64,000 nt of DNA from a bacterium (GTDB lineage: Bacteria; Hinthialibacterota; Hinthialibacteria; Hinthialibacterales; Hinthialibacteraceae), in assembly GCA_963663405.2 (NCBI GenBank), contig CAXXSM010000070.1, positions 47,923 to 111,922 on the forward strand. Reading direction: 5' to 3'. The translations under genes were made by a program, and so were the position numbers. Below the pieces are notes generated by a model that had not been told where the DNA came from, searched no databases, and worked only from the letters and a program-made list of their open reading frames with translations. Shown here piece by piece: positions 29,854-40,300 of the stretch. The first letter of the stretch is position 1. The number at the start of each line of letters is the position of its first letter.

Positions 29854-30579
29854 CTATTCCGGCGTATTAGCGATTAAATCCGAGTGTTTTACGATTTCCA
29901 TTGTATAGTCGATGGAATCGGTCACATGAAATAGATTGAGGTCCGCTTGGGATATTTTACCATCTTTGACAAGCCGGTTGGTGATCCAATCCAGCAGGCC
30001 CTGCCAGTAATCGCTATCAAAAAGAATCACGGGGAATTTTTTCATGCGGTGGGTTTGGATCAATGTGAGTGATTCAAACAATTCATCCAAGGTGCCGAAT
30101 CCACCGGGAAAGATAACGAACGCGATTGAGTATTTTAGCAGCATGACCTTACGGACGAAGAAATAGTGATAGTCCAAACCGGTGGTGATATAGGGATTGG
30201 GTTTTTGTTCCATCGGGAGCTGGATATTAAGACCGACGGATACGCCGCCGGATTCAAACGCGCCCCGGTTGGCGGCTTCCATGATTCCTGGCCCTCCGCC
30301 GGTGAAAATGGAGAAACCTTCCTCAGCGGCGCGCTTGCCAAGTTTGTGGGCTTTTTGATAGTGAAGGTGATCTTCCGGTGTACGGGCGGATCCAAAAACG
30401 GTTACCGCGTGCGGTAATTCACCCAATCGTTCAAATGACTCCGCAAATTCAGCCATGATGCGGAACACACGCCATATGTCCCCGACTCCCAGCTCGTTTA
30501 CTAGATACTGCCTTCGATCTAAATCGTTGTTTTTTTCGTCTGGGATGATGGGAGTCCAGGCGTGATTGTTATTATCCAT
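29854..30579 (-). CDS. LOG family protein (TIGR00730)
   Basis: FGSAR, TGGGPGIMEAANRGA, FFVRK, PGGFGTLDE. Confidence 0.93.
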   Translation of the reverse strand: MDNNNHAWTPIIPDEKNNDLDRRQYLVNELGVGDIWRVFRIMAEFAESFERLGELPHAVTVFGSARTPEDHLHYQKAHKLGKRAAEEGFSIFTGGGPGIMEAANRGAFESGGVSVGLNIQLPMEQKPNPYITTGLDYHYFFVRKVMLLKYSIAFVIFPGGFGTLDELFESLTLIQTHRMKKFPVILFDSDYWQGLLDWITNRLVKDGKISQADLNLFHVTDSIDYTMEIVKHSDLIANTPE

Positions 30580-30730
30580 AGGTACGCTCCTTCAATAATG
30601 TATATCAATTGGAATAGTGTACATGAGCCCTGTTCTTATGGATAGAGTTTTAAAAAACGGTTCTATAGTATTCCTTCCCCTTCGCATCCAGCGCCGGGCA
30701 TGGACAATGATAGGGCAGGAGAGCGCATGA

Positions 30731-31738
30731 ATGAATACTCTGTCGATTGGATCGAAAACGATTGGAAAAGAATCGCCCTGTTTTATCATCGCCGAAGGGG
30801 GATTGAACCATAACGGGAATCTGGAATTCGCGGCGCGGATGATAGAGGAAGCGGCCGATTGTGGCGCTGACGCGGTGAAATTTCAAACGTATACAACACA
30901 TGAACTCTTTCCGCCCAACCATCCTGAATGGAATCGATTTCAACAGATGGTTTTCAACCGGGAAGAGTATGAACGCTTGCAGCGTATTGCGGACGAGAAG
31001 GGAATTCTTTTTCTTTCAACTCCATTCGATGAAGCGAGCTCGGATCTATTGGAAACCATCGGAGTTCCGGCGTTCAAGGTGGGATCTGGTGAGGTGACGC
31101 ATCTCACGTTTTTGAATTATCTGGCCGAAAAAGGGAAACCGATGATTCTTTCGACGGGGATGTCTACGTGGAATGAATTAGACGCCGCTGTGCAAACGAT
31201 CCGTGACGCGGGGAATGAATCGTTCTGTTTACTTCATTGTGTATCGGCTTATCCCTGTCCACCGGAAGAAGCGAATCTCCGCATGGTTACAGCATTGCGG
31301 GAACGGTATAACATCCCGATTGGATTTTCCGATCATACGGAAACAGACATTGCCGCGCTGGCCTCTATCGCGCTGGGGGCTTGTGTGATTGAGAAACATT
31401 TTACGCTCTCGCGGAACCTGCCCGGTTGGGATCACTTTTTTTCTTACGACCCCAAGCAGTTCAAGCGCTTCGTGGATTCTATCCGGGAACTGGAACGGGC
31501 GCTTGGAGCGGGGGAGAAGCGCGTCAGCCAATCCGAAGAATCAATTCACGCGATCGCGCGGCGATCGATCTATGCGCGGAAGGATATAAAGGCGGGGGAT
31601 ATTTTAACAACGGACGCTGTTATTGTGAGGCGGCCGGTTGGGCCTCTATCCGCTGATTGTCTTCCGGAATTACTGGGTAAGAAGATTCAACGGGATATCC
31701 ACGCGGGGACTCCTCTTCAGCCAGGTGACGCGCAGTAA
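30731..31738 (+). CDS. Nonulosonic acid synthase (NeuB/PseI/LegI family) with SAF domain
   Basis: FIIAE.G.NHNG, ADAVKFQ, STPFD, LSTGM, GFSDHT, IEKHFT, RRSIYA. Confidence 0.92.
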   Translation: MNTLSIGSKTIGKESPCFIIAEGGLNHNGNLEFAARMIEEAADCGADAVKFQTYTTHELFPPNHPEWNRFQQMVFNREEYERLQRIADEKGILFLSTPFDEASSDLLETIGVPAFKVGSGEVTHLTFLNYLAEKGKPMILSTGMSTWNELDAAVQTIRDAGNESFCLLHCVSAYPCPPEEANLRMVTALRERYNIPIGFSDHTETDIAALASIALGACVIEKHFTLSRNLPGWDHFFSYDPKQFKRFVDSIRELERALGAGEKRVSQSEESIHAIARRSIYARKDIKAGDILTTDAVIVRRPVGPLSADCLPELLGKKIQRDIHAGTPLQPGDAQ

Positions 31739-33051
31739 TGAGCCAAACCAATATTAAAAATCAAACAATTCGAACAGCCAATATCACCGAACTGGACGCC
31801 AAGGGAAGGGGTGTGGGGGAAACGGAAACCGGTGGGAAGGTGTTCGTTCCCTATACACTGCCGAGTGAACGGGTGGAAGTAATCAGACAGCCCCGCAAGC
31901 AGGCGGATTTAACGCAGGTCTTAGAAGCGTCGCCTCATCGTGTGGAGGGACGGTGCCGTCATTTCATGAATTGCGGTGGCTGCGCGTGGCAGCATATTGA
32001 TCCTGAATATCAGCTGCGGCTTAAGCGCGAATTAGTGGCGAAGAGGTTCCAGCTAAACGGCGTTGATATTGACGCGCAATCGATCCCGATTGTATCGTCT
32101 CCCCCCTATCATTACCGGAACCGGATGGATTTTGTCTGGTGGTATGATGGCCGATTTGGATTACGCCGCCGGGGGAAATGGCATTCGGTGGTTAATCTGG
32201 AAGAGTGTCATCTGTTTCCTGATGATGTGATGGAGGTTGCGCTGGAGATTAACCGGCGTGTTCATGACGCCGGGCTTCCTTTTCGTGATGGGAAGCGTGA
32301 ATTGCGGGGATTGCGTTATTTGATTGTGCGGCGCGGAGTTTTCACAGGGGATTTGATGGTGAATTTCGTTACCGATCCAATGGAACTTCCATCGAGCTTG
32401 TGGGATGGATTGGATCGAGTGACCAGTGTTTATCAGCTGATCAATGATAACTTGAAGAATGATCAATCCGACGGGATTCCTTTCCATCTCGCTGGCGCCG
32501 ACGCTTACCGGGAACGTATCGGGGAACATATGTTTTTTGTGGGGCCCCGGTCGTTTTTTCAACCGAATCCCATGGTCGCTGAATCGATGATCGAACATGC
32601 CGGGGGGATTCTGGATCTATCTGGAAGGACGAACCGGCGTTTGTTGGATTTATATTGCGGAATTGGTGTGTTTTCGATTTGTTTGGCGGATCGATTTGAG
32701 CGGGGATGGGGGATTGAATTATCGGATGAAGCGATCGCCTTCGCGAAGCGGAACGTTTCGGACTCGCCGATTGAATTCTTCTGTCAAGATGCGATTGATC
32801 TGCCATTAGATATTGTGTCACAGACCAATACGTTAATCGTTGATCCTCCACGGGAGGGACTGCATCCCCGCGTGTTAAAGACTCTTCTCGCGCATCCGTT
32901 CCGCGATATTGTCTATGTGTCCTGCAAACCGGCTAAAGGAGTGGAAGAGATTGTCACTTTGATGGATCGGTATTCTCTACGTTCGATTCATCTCTTCGAT
33001 CAATTTCCTCAAACGCCGCATGTGGAGATGATTGTGCATTTGAGTAGCTAG
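31738..33051 (+). CDS. rlmD: 23S rRNA m5U1939 methyltransferase (TrmA/RlmD family)
   Basis: TRAM N-terminus, CRHFMNCGGC Fe-S motif, SFFQPN, DLYCGIG, VDPPREG, YVSC, DQFPQTPHVE. Confidence 0.88.
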   Translation: MSQTNIKNQTIRTANITELDAKGRGVGETETGGKVFVPYTLPSERVEVIRQPRKQADLTQVLEASPHRVEGRCRHFMNCGGCAWQHIDPEYQLRLKRELVAKRFQLNGVDIDAQSIPIVSSPPYHYRNRMDFVWWYDGRFGLRRRGKWHSVVNLEECHLFPDDVMEVALEINRRVHDAGLPFRDGKRELRGLRYLIVRRGVFTGDLMVNFVTDPMELPSSLWDGLDRVTSVYQLINDNLKNDQSDGIPFHLAGADAYRERIGEHMFFVGPRSFFQPNPMVAESMIEHAGGILDLSGRTNRRLLDLYCGIGVFSICLADRFERGWGIELSDEAIAFAKRNVSDSPIEFFCQDAIDLPLDIVSQTNTLIVDPPREGLHPRVLKTLLAHPFRDIVYVSCKPAKGVEEIVTLMDRYSLRSIHLFDQFPQTPHVEMIVHLSS

Positions 33052-33085
33052 GTGTTTAGGTTGAAGACTGAAGGCTGAAGGTGAA
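33049..33085. repeat. 37-bp direct repeat, copy 1 (heptamer-based)
   Basis: taggtgtttaggttgaagactgaaggctgaaggtgaa; 36/37 identical to 33951-33987. Confidence 0.85.
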
Positions 33086-33289
33086 CGACGGTTAAAAAAC
33101 TTTTCTTTCGGCGTTTATGCAATATTAAGTGAGAAGGTGTGTGGTTTTTAAGGATGGTCTCGTTTTAATATGTATACTGGAGCGGTCATAATCTAAGTTT
33201 TTCAATTCATGTTTTTGCTTTCAACGGATTGGTATTTTGGTTAACGAGAAACGCAGATTATGACCGCACAGAGTATATATCAATCATCT

Positions 33290-33404
33290 GGGTAGCAAGG
33301 GGAAGGCTTTTTTCTCCCCTTGCATAATTTCCGGAATGTAGAGCCAGTAACGACAACGCCGCGCGGTGGCGGCTTTTAGATGAAAAACCTTGCCCTGGCC
33401 ACCC
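33290..33404. repeat. Inverted pair of family-B REP-like palindromes (REPIN-like)
   Basis: gggtagcaaggggaaggcttttttctccccttgc (+) and agatgaaaaaccttgccctggccaccc (reverse copy). Confidence 0.6.
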
Positions 33405-33559
33405 GCTATCCGTTTTCATGGAAGATTGTGAAGCCGATTTAAGCGCCCAGGATTGAAATCCTCTGCTATTTTTAAATGTCACTGCGGGACAATAATAGAG
33501 TTATCCAGGATTTTACTCCTGGATAGAGTGCGCCTGTAGAAATTCCTACTGAAGAATCG

Positions 33560-33865
33560 TTATTCTTTCTTATCTTCTTCGGCTTTCTTCTTTTTCAGTT
33601 CAGCGGCTTCTTCGGCGAGGCGTTTCTTTTCCGCTTCTTCCTCGGCTTTTTTCTTGGCGGTGTATTCGGGTTCGAGTTTGATTTGATCGGAGGTGGCCCA
33701 CACTTCACGTCCGTTTTCGAAACGAACCTTATGGCGCCGGATGGGTTCTTCCCGGCCGATCACTTCTCCTGCCATTCCAGGTTCCACGACGCTGTTTCCA
33801 ATGGGGGCGATAAACGTCTTGGCGATCACTGGCGCGCCAACATCAAATAAAACAGTAACGCTCAT
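33560..33865 (-). CDS. Small SH3-like beta-barrel protein with a Lys/Glu-rich tail
   Basis: MSVTVLFDVGAPVIAK...PGMAGEV...HKVRFENG; SD aaagga before ATG 33865. Confidence 0.7.
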   Translation of the reverse strand: MSVTVLFDVGAPVIAKTFIAPIGNSVVEPGMAGEVIGREEPIRRHKVRFENGREVWATSDQIKLEPEYTAKKKAEEEAEKKRLAEEAAELKKKKAEEDKKE

Positions 33866-33950
33866 TGTATTTCCTTTCTCTTTCCGTAAAGGATATTGCG
33901 AAAGCATAGTGCTGGAATGGTGGATAGAGCAAGGGGGGAAGGGAATATTT

Positions 33951-33987
33951 TAGGTATTTAGGTTGAAGACTGAAGGCTGAAGGTGAA
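33951..33987. repeat. 37-bp direct repeat, copy 2
   Basis: taggtatttaggttgaagactgaaggctgaaggtgaa. Confidence 0.85.
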
Positions 33988-34132
33988 GGGCAAAAAATTG
34001 GAAGATAGGGCCCTTGAAAGTTAGGGAATCTTGCCGCAAGGTAGGGGCGTCTTTCGATGTATTTTTAAGGCAATGTGTAGAACTGTGTTTTTTTAATTCC
34101 GATTGGGAATGTGAATAGGGAGATTAGGGATT

Positions 34133-35482
34133 ATGCAAAAACCACGAATGAGTTTTTGGCAGATCTGGAATATGAGTTTTGGTTTTCTGGGGATTCAGTT
34201 TGGGTGGGGACTCCAGATGGCCAATATGAGTTCGATTTATGGGTATCTCGGCGCCGATCCGGATCAGATACCGATTCTCTGGTTGGCGGCTCCTCTGACG
34301 GGTTTAATCGTCCAACCGATCATCGGGTATATGAGCGACAGGACGTGGGGGCCTTTGGGCAGGAGGCGCCCGTATTTTTTGGCGGGGGCGTTGCTGAGTT
34401 CCTGCGCGTTACTATTGATGCCCAATTCGTCAGCGCTTTGGATGGCGGCGGGATTGCTCTGGATCTTGGACGCGTCGGTTAATGTGAGTATGGAACCGTT
34501 CCGGGCGTTTGTCGCCGATCTCCTGCCCGAAGAACAGCGTACGTTTGGTTTTGCGATGCAGAGTTTCTTGATCGGATTAGGGGCGGTGATCGCTTCGGCG
34601 CTTCCTTGGCTGATGATGCATGTGTTTGGGATTCAAAGTGAGAGCGCCGCGGGGGAGGAAAATCCTGTTATTCCTATCAATGTGAAATACTCATTTTATA
34701 TCGGCGCTGTGGTTTTTATATTGGCGGTGTTATGGACGATTGTCCGGACCCGCGAATATCCTCCGGATGATCTGAAGGCGTTCGAGAAAGCGAAGGCTGA
34801 GAAGCGGGGAATATGGCCGGCGGTTCAGGAGATTTTTGTATCGATTCAGCAAATGCCCTCTACAATGCGTCAACTGGCCTGGGCGCAGTTTTTTACGTGG
34901 CTGTCGTTGTTTATGATGTGGTTGTTTTATGTGCCGGCTGTGGCGTTTCATGCGTTTGGCGCGTTGGAGGCGTCTACGAATGATCTGCAATATGTGGAAG
35001 GAACAGCGTGGGGTGGGGTATTGTTTTCAATTTATAATTTTACCGCCGTTCCTTTCGCGTTGGTGTTGCCTTTGATCGCCAAATCTGTGGGACGGAAGAT
35101 GACGCATATAATTTGTTTGCTTTGCGGAGGGATGGGATTGTTGGCTTCATTTATTTTAATGGTGAATCCCTATCTTTTGATTGTATCGATGGTGGGAGTT
35201 GGGATCGCCTGGTCGAGTATTTTGGCTATGCCCTATGCGATTCTGGCGGGATCGTTACCCAAAGAAAAAACCGGTTTGTACATGGGGATATTTAATTTCT
35301 TTATTGTATTACCGCAGATCTGCGCGGCGCTGGGGGGTGGTTTGGTGATGAAATATCTATTTCAAAACAATTATTTGGTTGCGGTGATTGCTTCAGGGGG
35401 AAGTCTGGTGTTGGCGGCGCTATTTATGCTAAGAGTGGAGGATCGGCCGATGAGTGAAAAGGAGGCGTCAAATGAAGGGTAA
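34133..35482 (+). CDS. MFS (GPH/SUC-like) maltose/maltodextrin transporter
   Basis: WNMSFGFLGIQFG, LAAPLTGLIVQP..G..SDRTW..LGRRRPYF, MEPFRAFV.D, MGIFNFFIV.PQ. Confidence 0.9.
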   Translation: MQKPRMSFWQIWNMSFGFLGIQFGWGLQMANMSSIYGYLGADPDQIPILWLAAPLTGLIVQPIIGYMSDRTWGPLGRRRPYFLAGALLSSCALLLMPNSSALWMAAGLLWILDASVNVSMEPFRAFVADLLPEEQRTFGFAMQSFLIGLGAVIASALPWLMMHVFGIQSESAAGEENPVIPINVKYSFYIGAVVFILAVLWTIVRTREYPPDDLKAFEKAKAEKRGIWPAVQEIFVSIQQMPSTMRQLAWAQFFTWLSLFMMWLFYVPAVAFHAFGALEASTNDLQYVEGTAWGGVLFSIYNFTAVPFALVLPLIAKSVGRKMTHIICLLCGGMGLLASFILMVNPYLLIVSMVGVGIAWSSILAMPYAILAGSLPKEKTGLYMGIFNFFIVLPQICAALGGGLVMKYLFQNNYLVAVIASGGSLVLAALFMLRVEDRPMSEKEASNEG

Positions 35483-37379
35483 ACCGCTCGTTCAGATTTT
35501 CATCATTCTTGGGATCACTGTTTTTTTTGGCCATATTGGAGGTTTTTGTTCGGATGGCCAGCAGCCAGTCGTCATAAAAGTCGAACCACCGAACTGGTGG
35601 GCGGATCATTCGATGAATCCGGTGCGTCTATTGATTCGAGGGAAGAATTTTGCGAACGCTCGAATAAAATCTTCGCATGAGAGCGTCCAAGTGGAACGGA
35701 TAAGGGTGAATGAATCGGGGACGTATCTTTTCGCGGATGTTCGAATCGCGGATGGAGCGCAGCCGGGGGAGTATCCTTTGATTGTATCGACGGATGACGG
35801 AAGGGCGCAGGTTCCCTTTGAAATCTCTCCACCGCTTTCAAGGGAGGGGCGTTTTCAGGGATTCTCTTCTGATGATGTGATTTATCTTCTAATGCCGGAC
35901 CGTTTCGCGAATGGGGATTTGTCGAACGATGATCCCGATCAATCTAAAGGGATGCTGAATCGGCGGAAGAACCGTTATTATCATGGAGGGGATTTGAGCG
36001 GCGTGATTGACCACCTGCCCTATCTAAAGGATCTTGGCGTCACGGCGATTTGGATGAATCCCGTTTATGACAATGTGAATCATTTAAATGAACGGGAAAC
36101 ATATAATAACGAAGCGATTACGGATTATCATGGCTATGGCGCAGTTGATTTTTATGCGGTAGAGGAACATTTCGGGGATGTGGCGCTATTGCGTGAATTG
36201 GTGGACCGGTCGCACGAACTGGGGATTAAGGTGATTCAGGATCAAGTCGCCAATCACACAGGGCCGTATCATCCCTGGGTTTTTGATCCTCCAACACCAA
36301 CATGGTACAACGGAACCCAGGCCGATCATCTGGATAATGTTTGGCAGACCTGGACTCTCGTTGATCCCTACGCCACACCTGAGACGCAGAAGGCGACGCT
36401 GGAGGGATGGTTTATCAATATTCTTCCCGATCTGAACCAGGGAGATGAAGAGACGGCGTTATATTTGATCCAGAATACGCTCTGGTGGATCGGTATGACG
36501 GGGATTGATGAAATTCGGCAGGACACACTTCCATACGTTCACCGGCGGTTTTGGCGGGATTGGATGGCGGCCATCAAACGGGAATACCCTCGATTCAAAG
36601 TGGTGGGAGAAATGTGGGATGGAAGCGCGCCAAAGGTTGCGTTCTTCCAGGGAGGCGTGGAACGATTTGATGGGATTGATTCCGGTATTGACGCGCTGTT
36701 CGATTTTCCGCTCTATTATCCGCTGCGGCGCGCGTTCGCTGAAGGGAAGAGCGTTCGTGAACTCGCGATCGCATTGAGTCAGGATCCATTGTATACCGAT
36801 CCGGATATGCTGGTTACGTTTGTGAGTCTGCATGATGTCTCCCGGTTCATGCATGAAACCAACGCGACGGTGGATGGATTGAAATTGGCGTTTACGTTTA
36901 TCATGACTGCGCGGGGGATTCCCTTGATTTATTATGGAGATGAGATCGCCATGCGTGGCGGTGGCGATCCAGACAACCGGCGTGATTTTCCAGGAGGGTG
37001 GCCGGATGATCCACGGGACGCGTTTACTCATGAAGGACGTTCAGCGGCTGAACAGGATATTTTCGAACATGTGCGGCGGTTGGGGCGTCTTCGCGGAAAA
37101 CTCGTTCCATTACGGCGTGGACGAACGATGAATCTATTGGTACACGAACAACAATATATTTATGCGCGTGTAGATAATGGGAGCGTTGTCATTGTAGCTT
37201 TGAATAATGGACCGGAACGGGTGGATATCGACTGTCCTGTAAACGCGTTAGGATTTTCGGACGGAATGGTTTTGGTGGATTGTTTGGAGGGTCATCCTAA
37301 TATAAGGGTGAAGGATAAGCGGATACATCTCAACCTGAATCCCAGGAGTGGATCTGTATTTACGATTGAAACTGAATAG
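35472..37379 (+). CDS. Secreted GH13 cyclomaltodextrinase/neopullulanase-like alpha-amylase
   Basis: KVEPPNWW N-domain, MPDRFANGD, YHGY, VANH, catalytic RQDT, VGE, LHD; SD aaggagg before ATG 35472. Confidence 0.9.
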   Translation: MKGKPLVQIFIILGITVFFGHIGGFCSDGQQPVVIKVEPPNWWADHSMNPVRLLIRGKNFANARIKSSHESVQVERIRVNESGTYLFADVRIADGAQPGEYPLIVSTDDGRAQVPFEISPPLSREGRFQGFSSDDVIYLLMPDRFANGDLSNDDPDQSKGMLNRRKNRYYHGGDLSGVIDHLPYLKDLGVTAIWMNPVYDNVNHLNERETYNNEAITDYHGYGAVDFYAVEEHFGDVALLRELVDRSHELGIKVIQDQVANHTGPYHPWVFDPPTPTWYNGTQADHLDNVWQTWTLVDPYATPETQKATLEGWFINILPDLNQGDEETALYLIQNTLWWIGMTGIDEIRQDTLPYVHRRFWRDWMAAIKREYPRFKVVGEMWDGSAPKVAFFQGGVERFDGIDSGIDALFDFPLYYPLRRAFAEGKSVRELAIALSQDPLYTDPDMLVTFVSLHDVSRFMHETNATVDGLKLAFTFIMTARGIPLIYYGDEIAMRGGGDPDNRRDFPGGWPDDPRDAFTHEGRSAAEQDIFEHVRRLGRLRGKLVPLRRGRTMNLLVHEQQYIYARVDNGSVVIVALNNGPERVDIDCPVNALGFSDGMVLVDCLEGHPNIRVKDKRIHLNLNPRSGSVFTIETE

Positions 37380-37381
37380 GA

Positions 37382-40300
37382 TTATTGAGGAATCCCCTCA
37401 GCGCTTGCGTATCCCAAGGCGGCCAGTTCGGAGGGGGTGAGTGTGATGTCGCGTAATTGCGCGCTTCCAATGAACGCGCTGGCGTTTTGGCCATTGTCAT
37501 CGGCCATCAAAAGCGCTTCGGAGTCTATCGACCAGCGGCCGTCCAAGGAGATTCCGGATAGAGACTGTACGAGTTCTCCATTGACATAGCTCTCCAATAG
37601 ACCAGCGGACGCGTCAACAGCCAGCGCGAGCCGGTACCATTCCCGGTCAACGATCCATCCCCCAAAATTCGTTCCAACGCCGATGCCATGTTCTGGATCG
37701 ATAAACCAGTCGGCGTCATCTGTGTTCTCTGGATTTGTTTGCCAGAGGGCGACTAAGCCCGTCAGTTGGGAATCGAACGCGATATCGAGGATTAACGTGT
37801 ATTGATTGACACGCGCTCCACCACCATTCGGTTGGAAATCGTGTATGAGATGAAAATATGTGCCTTTTGAGATACGAACGGCGTCACCTCGTTCGAGGTT
37901 AATGGGAAGATTCAAGAAGCGGTAGAGTGGTTCCACCGCCGGATCGGCCGCGTCCGCGATAAGTTTTTGGGTTCCCACCGATGGATACAAATTTTGATTG
38001 AAATCCCACTGGCTTGTTTGGGGGGGCCTTGGAGTGGGGGTGAATAGAGATTCTATACTAATTGTTGGAGTGGGCGTGGCGGTCGGCGTCGCTGTCTCTT
38101 TTGGCGCAAGCGTTGGCTCCTGAGTAGGAGTTGGTATGGTTTCGGTTTCTTGAGTGATCTTGACACCAGGATTATAGGTTTGATTATCCGTGATTAGGAT
38201 TGTATCCAGTTTCACGCCAGGTTCTCTTTGTTTTACATAGAGTGTATGTTGTCCCGCGTTTAAGTGGAATATGGCGGGGACGGTTTGGATTCCATTCTCG
38301 GAGACTGTAGTGACTTGATCCCAGATCCATGTTTCGTAACCGCCTAACGTCGTATTCCAAACAATGTCAATGCTGTCATCCATTGCAATGTAGAAGGAGT
38401 TGCTATTTCCCCAATTGGATATCTCACGTCCCCAGATGGTGTAATCACCGGGTTTTTGAACGAGGAATGTGTATTTCGCGAAACCGTTCTCCTCTAATTC
38501 TTTTTCGTTTGGAAACCAAATAAATAGTCCGGAATCGGCTGTTTCACTGGATTCCACTGTCATGGGGGATTGAATCGTTCCTGATTCGGCGTCCAACCAT
38601 AGAACTTCGCTGGATTGACCGGCCAGTTCAACCGTCATCATTGCCGGGATTGATTTTAGGGTAATCTGGACCGTATCGCTCACCGGCGCGTTGTATTCAT
38701 CGTTTACGGTGAAATAGAGAGTGTAGGTTCCCGTCTCATTGGGTGAAAAGATCGGATTCGGGATTGTTGTCGAAGAAAATTGATTTGGATTTTTATCCGG
38801 TCCCGAAAGAACAAACCATGTATAAAGATAACTCTCGTCTCCACCCGTGGCTTCGCCTTCCAATCGGACGGGGGTAAAACTGATCCGATCATCTCCCGCA
38901 TTGGCTTGGAGAGGTTCCATCAAGAGGGAGGATATTTCTTCCGCCATTGGCGCTAGCACAGTGGAATCTGGAGGCCGCGTATCCGTTGGAATGTAATTTA
39001 AATCGTTTGTTATCAGTAGTTTATCGAGTTTTGTCCCAATCTCTCTCTGTTTGATATAAAGTGTGTGCTCTCCTTCTTCAAGGTTGAAGGAGATGGGTGT
39101 TGTTGTTCCTCCATCTTCCAGAACTTGGCTGACTCGATCCCAGATCCAGGTTTCGTATCCACCTAGTTTTGTATGCCAAGTCACTTCTTCGCCATCATCC
39201 ATCGTGATGTAGAAAGAATTCTGTGTTCCATCATTTGACATTTCACGTCCCCAGACGGCGAATGTTCCGGAGATGGGAATGAAGAAGTCGATTTCGGCCA
39301 ATCCATCTTCCGCGCCGAGTAAGTTGTTCGGTACCCAGATATAGTGTAGGGATTGATCTTGTGTACTCGTAGCAATCGTCATGGGTGGGAAGGTGAATCC
39401 AGACTCAGCTTCGAATACAACCGAAGTGGATGCGATTGAAATGATAACTGTATCACTGACCGGCGCCTGGATTCCATCATTGACGGTCAAGTAAAAGACA
39501 TACGTTCCCGCTGAGTTTGGAATGAAGAGCGGATCGGGGACTGTCGTGGATGAAAGCTGGCTAGGATCTGAGTCCGGACCGGATAGGATCCGCCAGGAGA
39601 AACTATATGTCTTAGAACCACCAGACGCTTGTCCATTAAGGATGACAGGCGAGTTGATTTTTAAATCCTCTCCCGCGTCAGCGACGAGAGGCGTGGTCGT
39701 GTCGATGCTCTGCAAACCTAAGAATTTTTCGAGCCAATCAAGGAAATTATTCTTTTCCGGATCATATTTTTCGTTTCGGTTTTGGGGTAATTGTAATCGG
39801 CCGGTTCAGGCGTGTAAGTCGCCGTTGGTTCAGGTGTATTAGTAGCCGTCGGTTCAGGTGTTTGAGTCGCTGTCGGTTTAGGCGTTTCCGTTGCCGTTGG
39901 CGCTTCTGTTTCAGTTGGTGTAGGTGACGCTGTATTCGTCGCTGTAGGAACGGGCGTATAAGTGTCCGTGGGTACGGGCGTGTAAGTGGCCGTCGGAACA
40001 GACGTGTAGGTCGCCGTGGGTTTCAGGCGTGTAAGTGTCCGTAGGTACGGGCGTGTAGGTAGCCGTGGGTTCAGGCGTATAAGTATCCGTCGGTACGGGC
40101 GTGTAGGTAGCCGTGGGTTCAGGCGTATAAGTGTCCGTAGGTACGGGTGTGTAGGTAGCCGTGGGTTCGGGCGTATAAGTGTCCGTAGGTACGGGCGTGT
40201 AGGTAGCCGTAGGTTCGGGCGTATAAGTATCCGTCGGTACGGGCGTGTAGGTAGCCGTGGGTTCGGGCGTATAAGTATCCGTCGGTACGGGCGTATAAGT

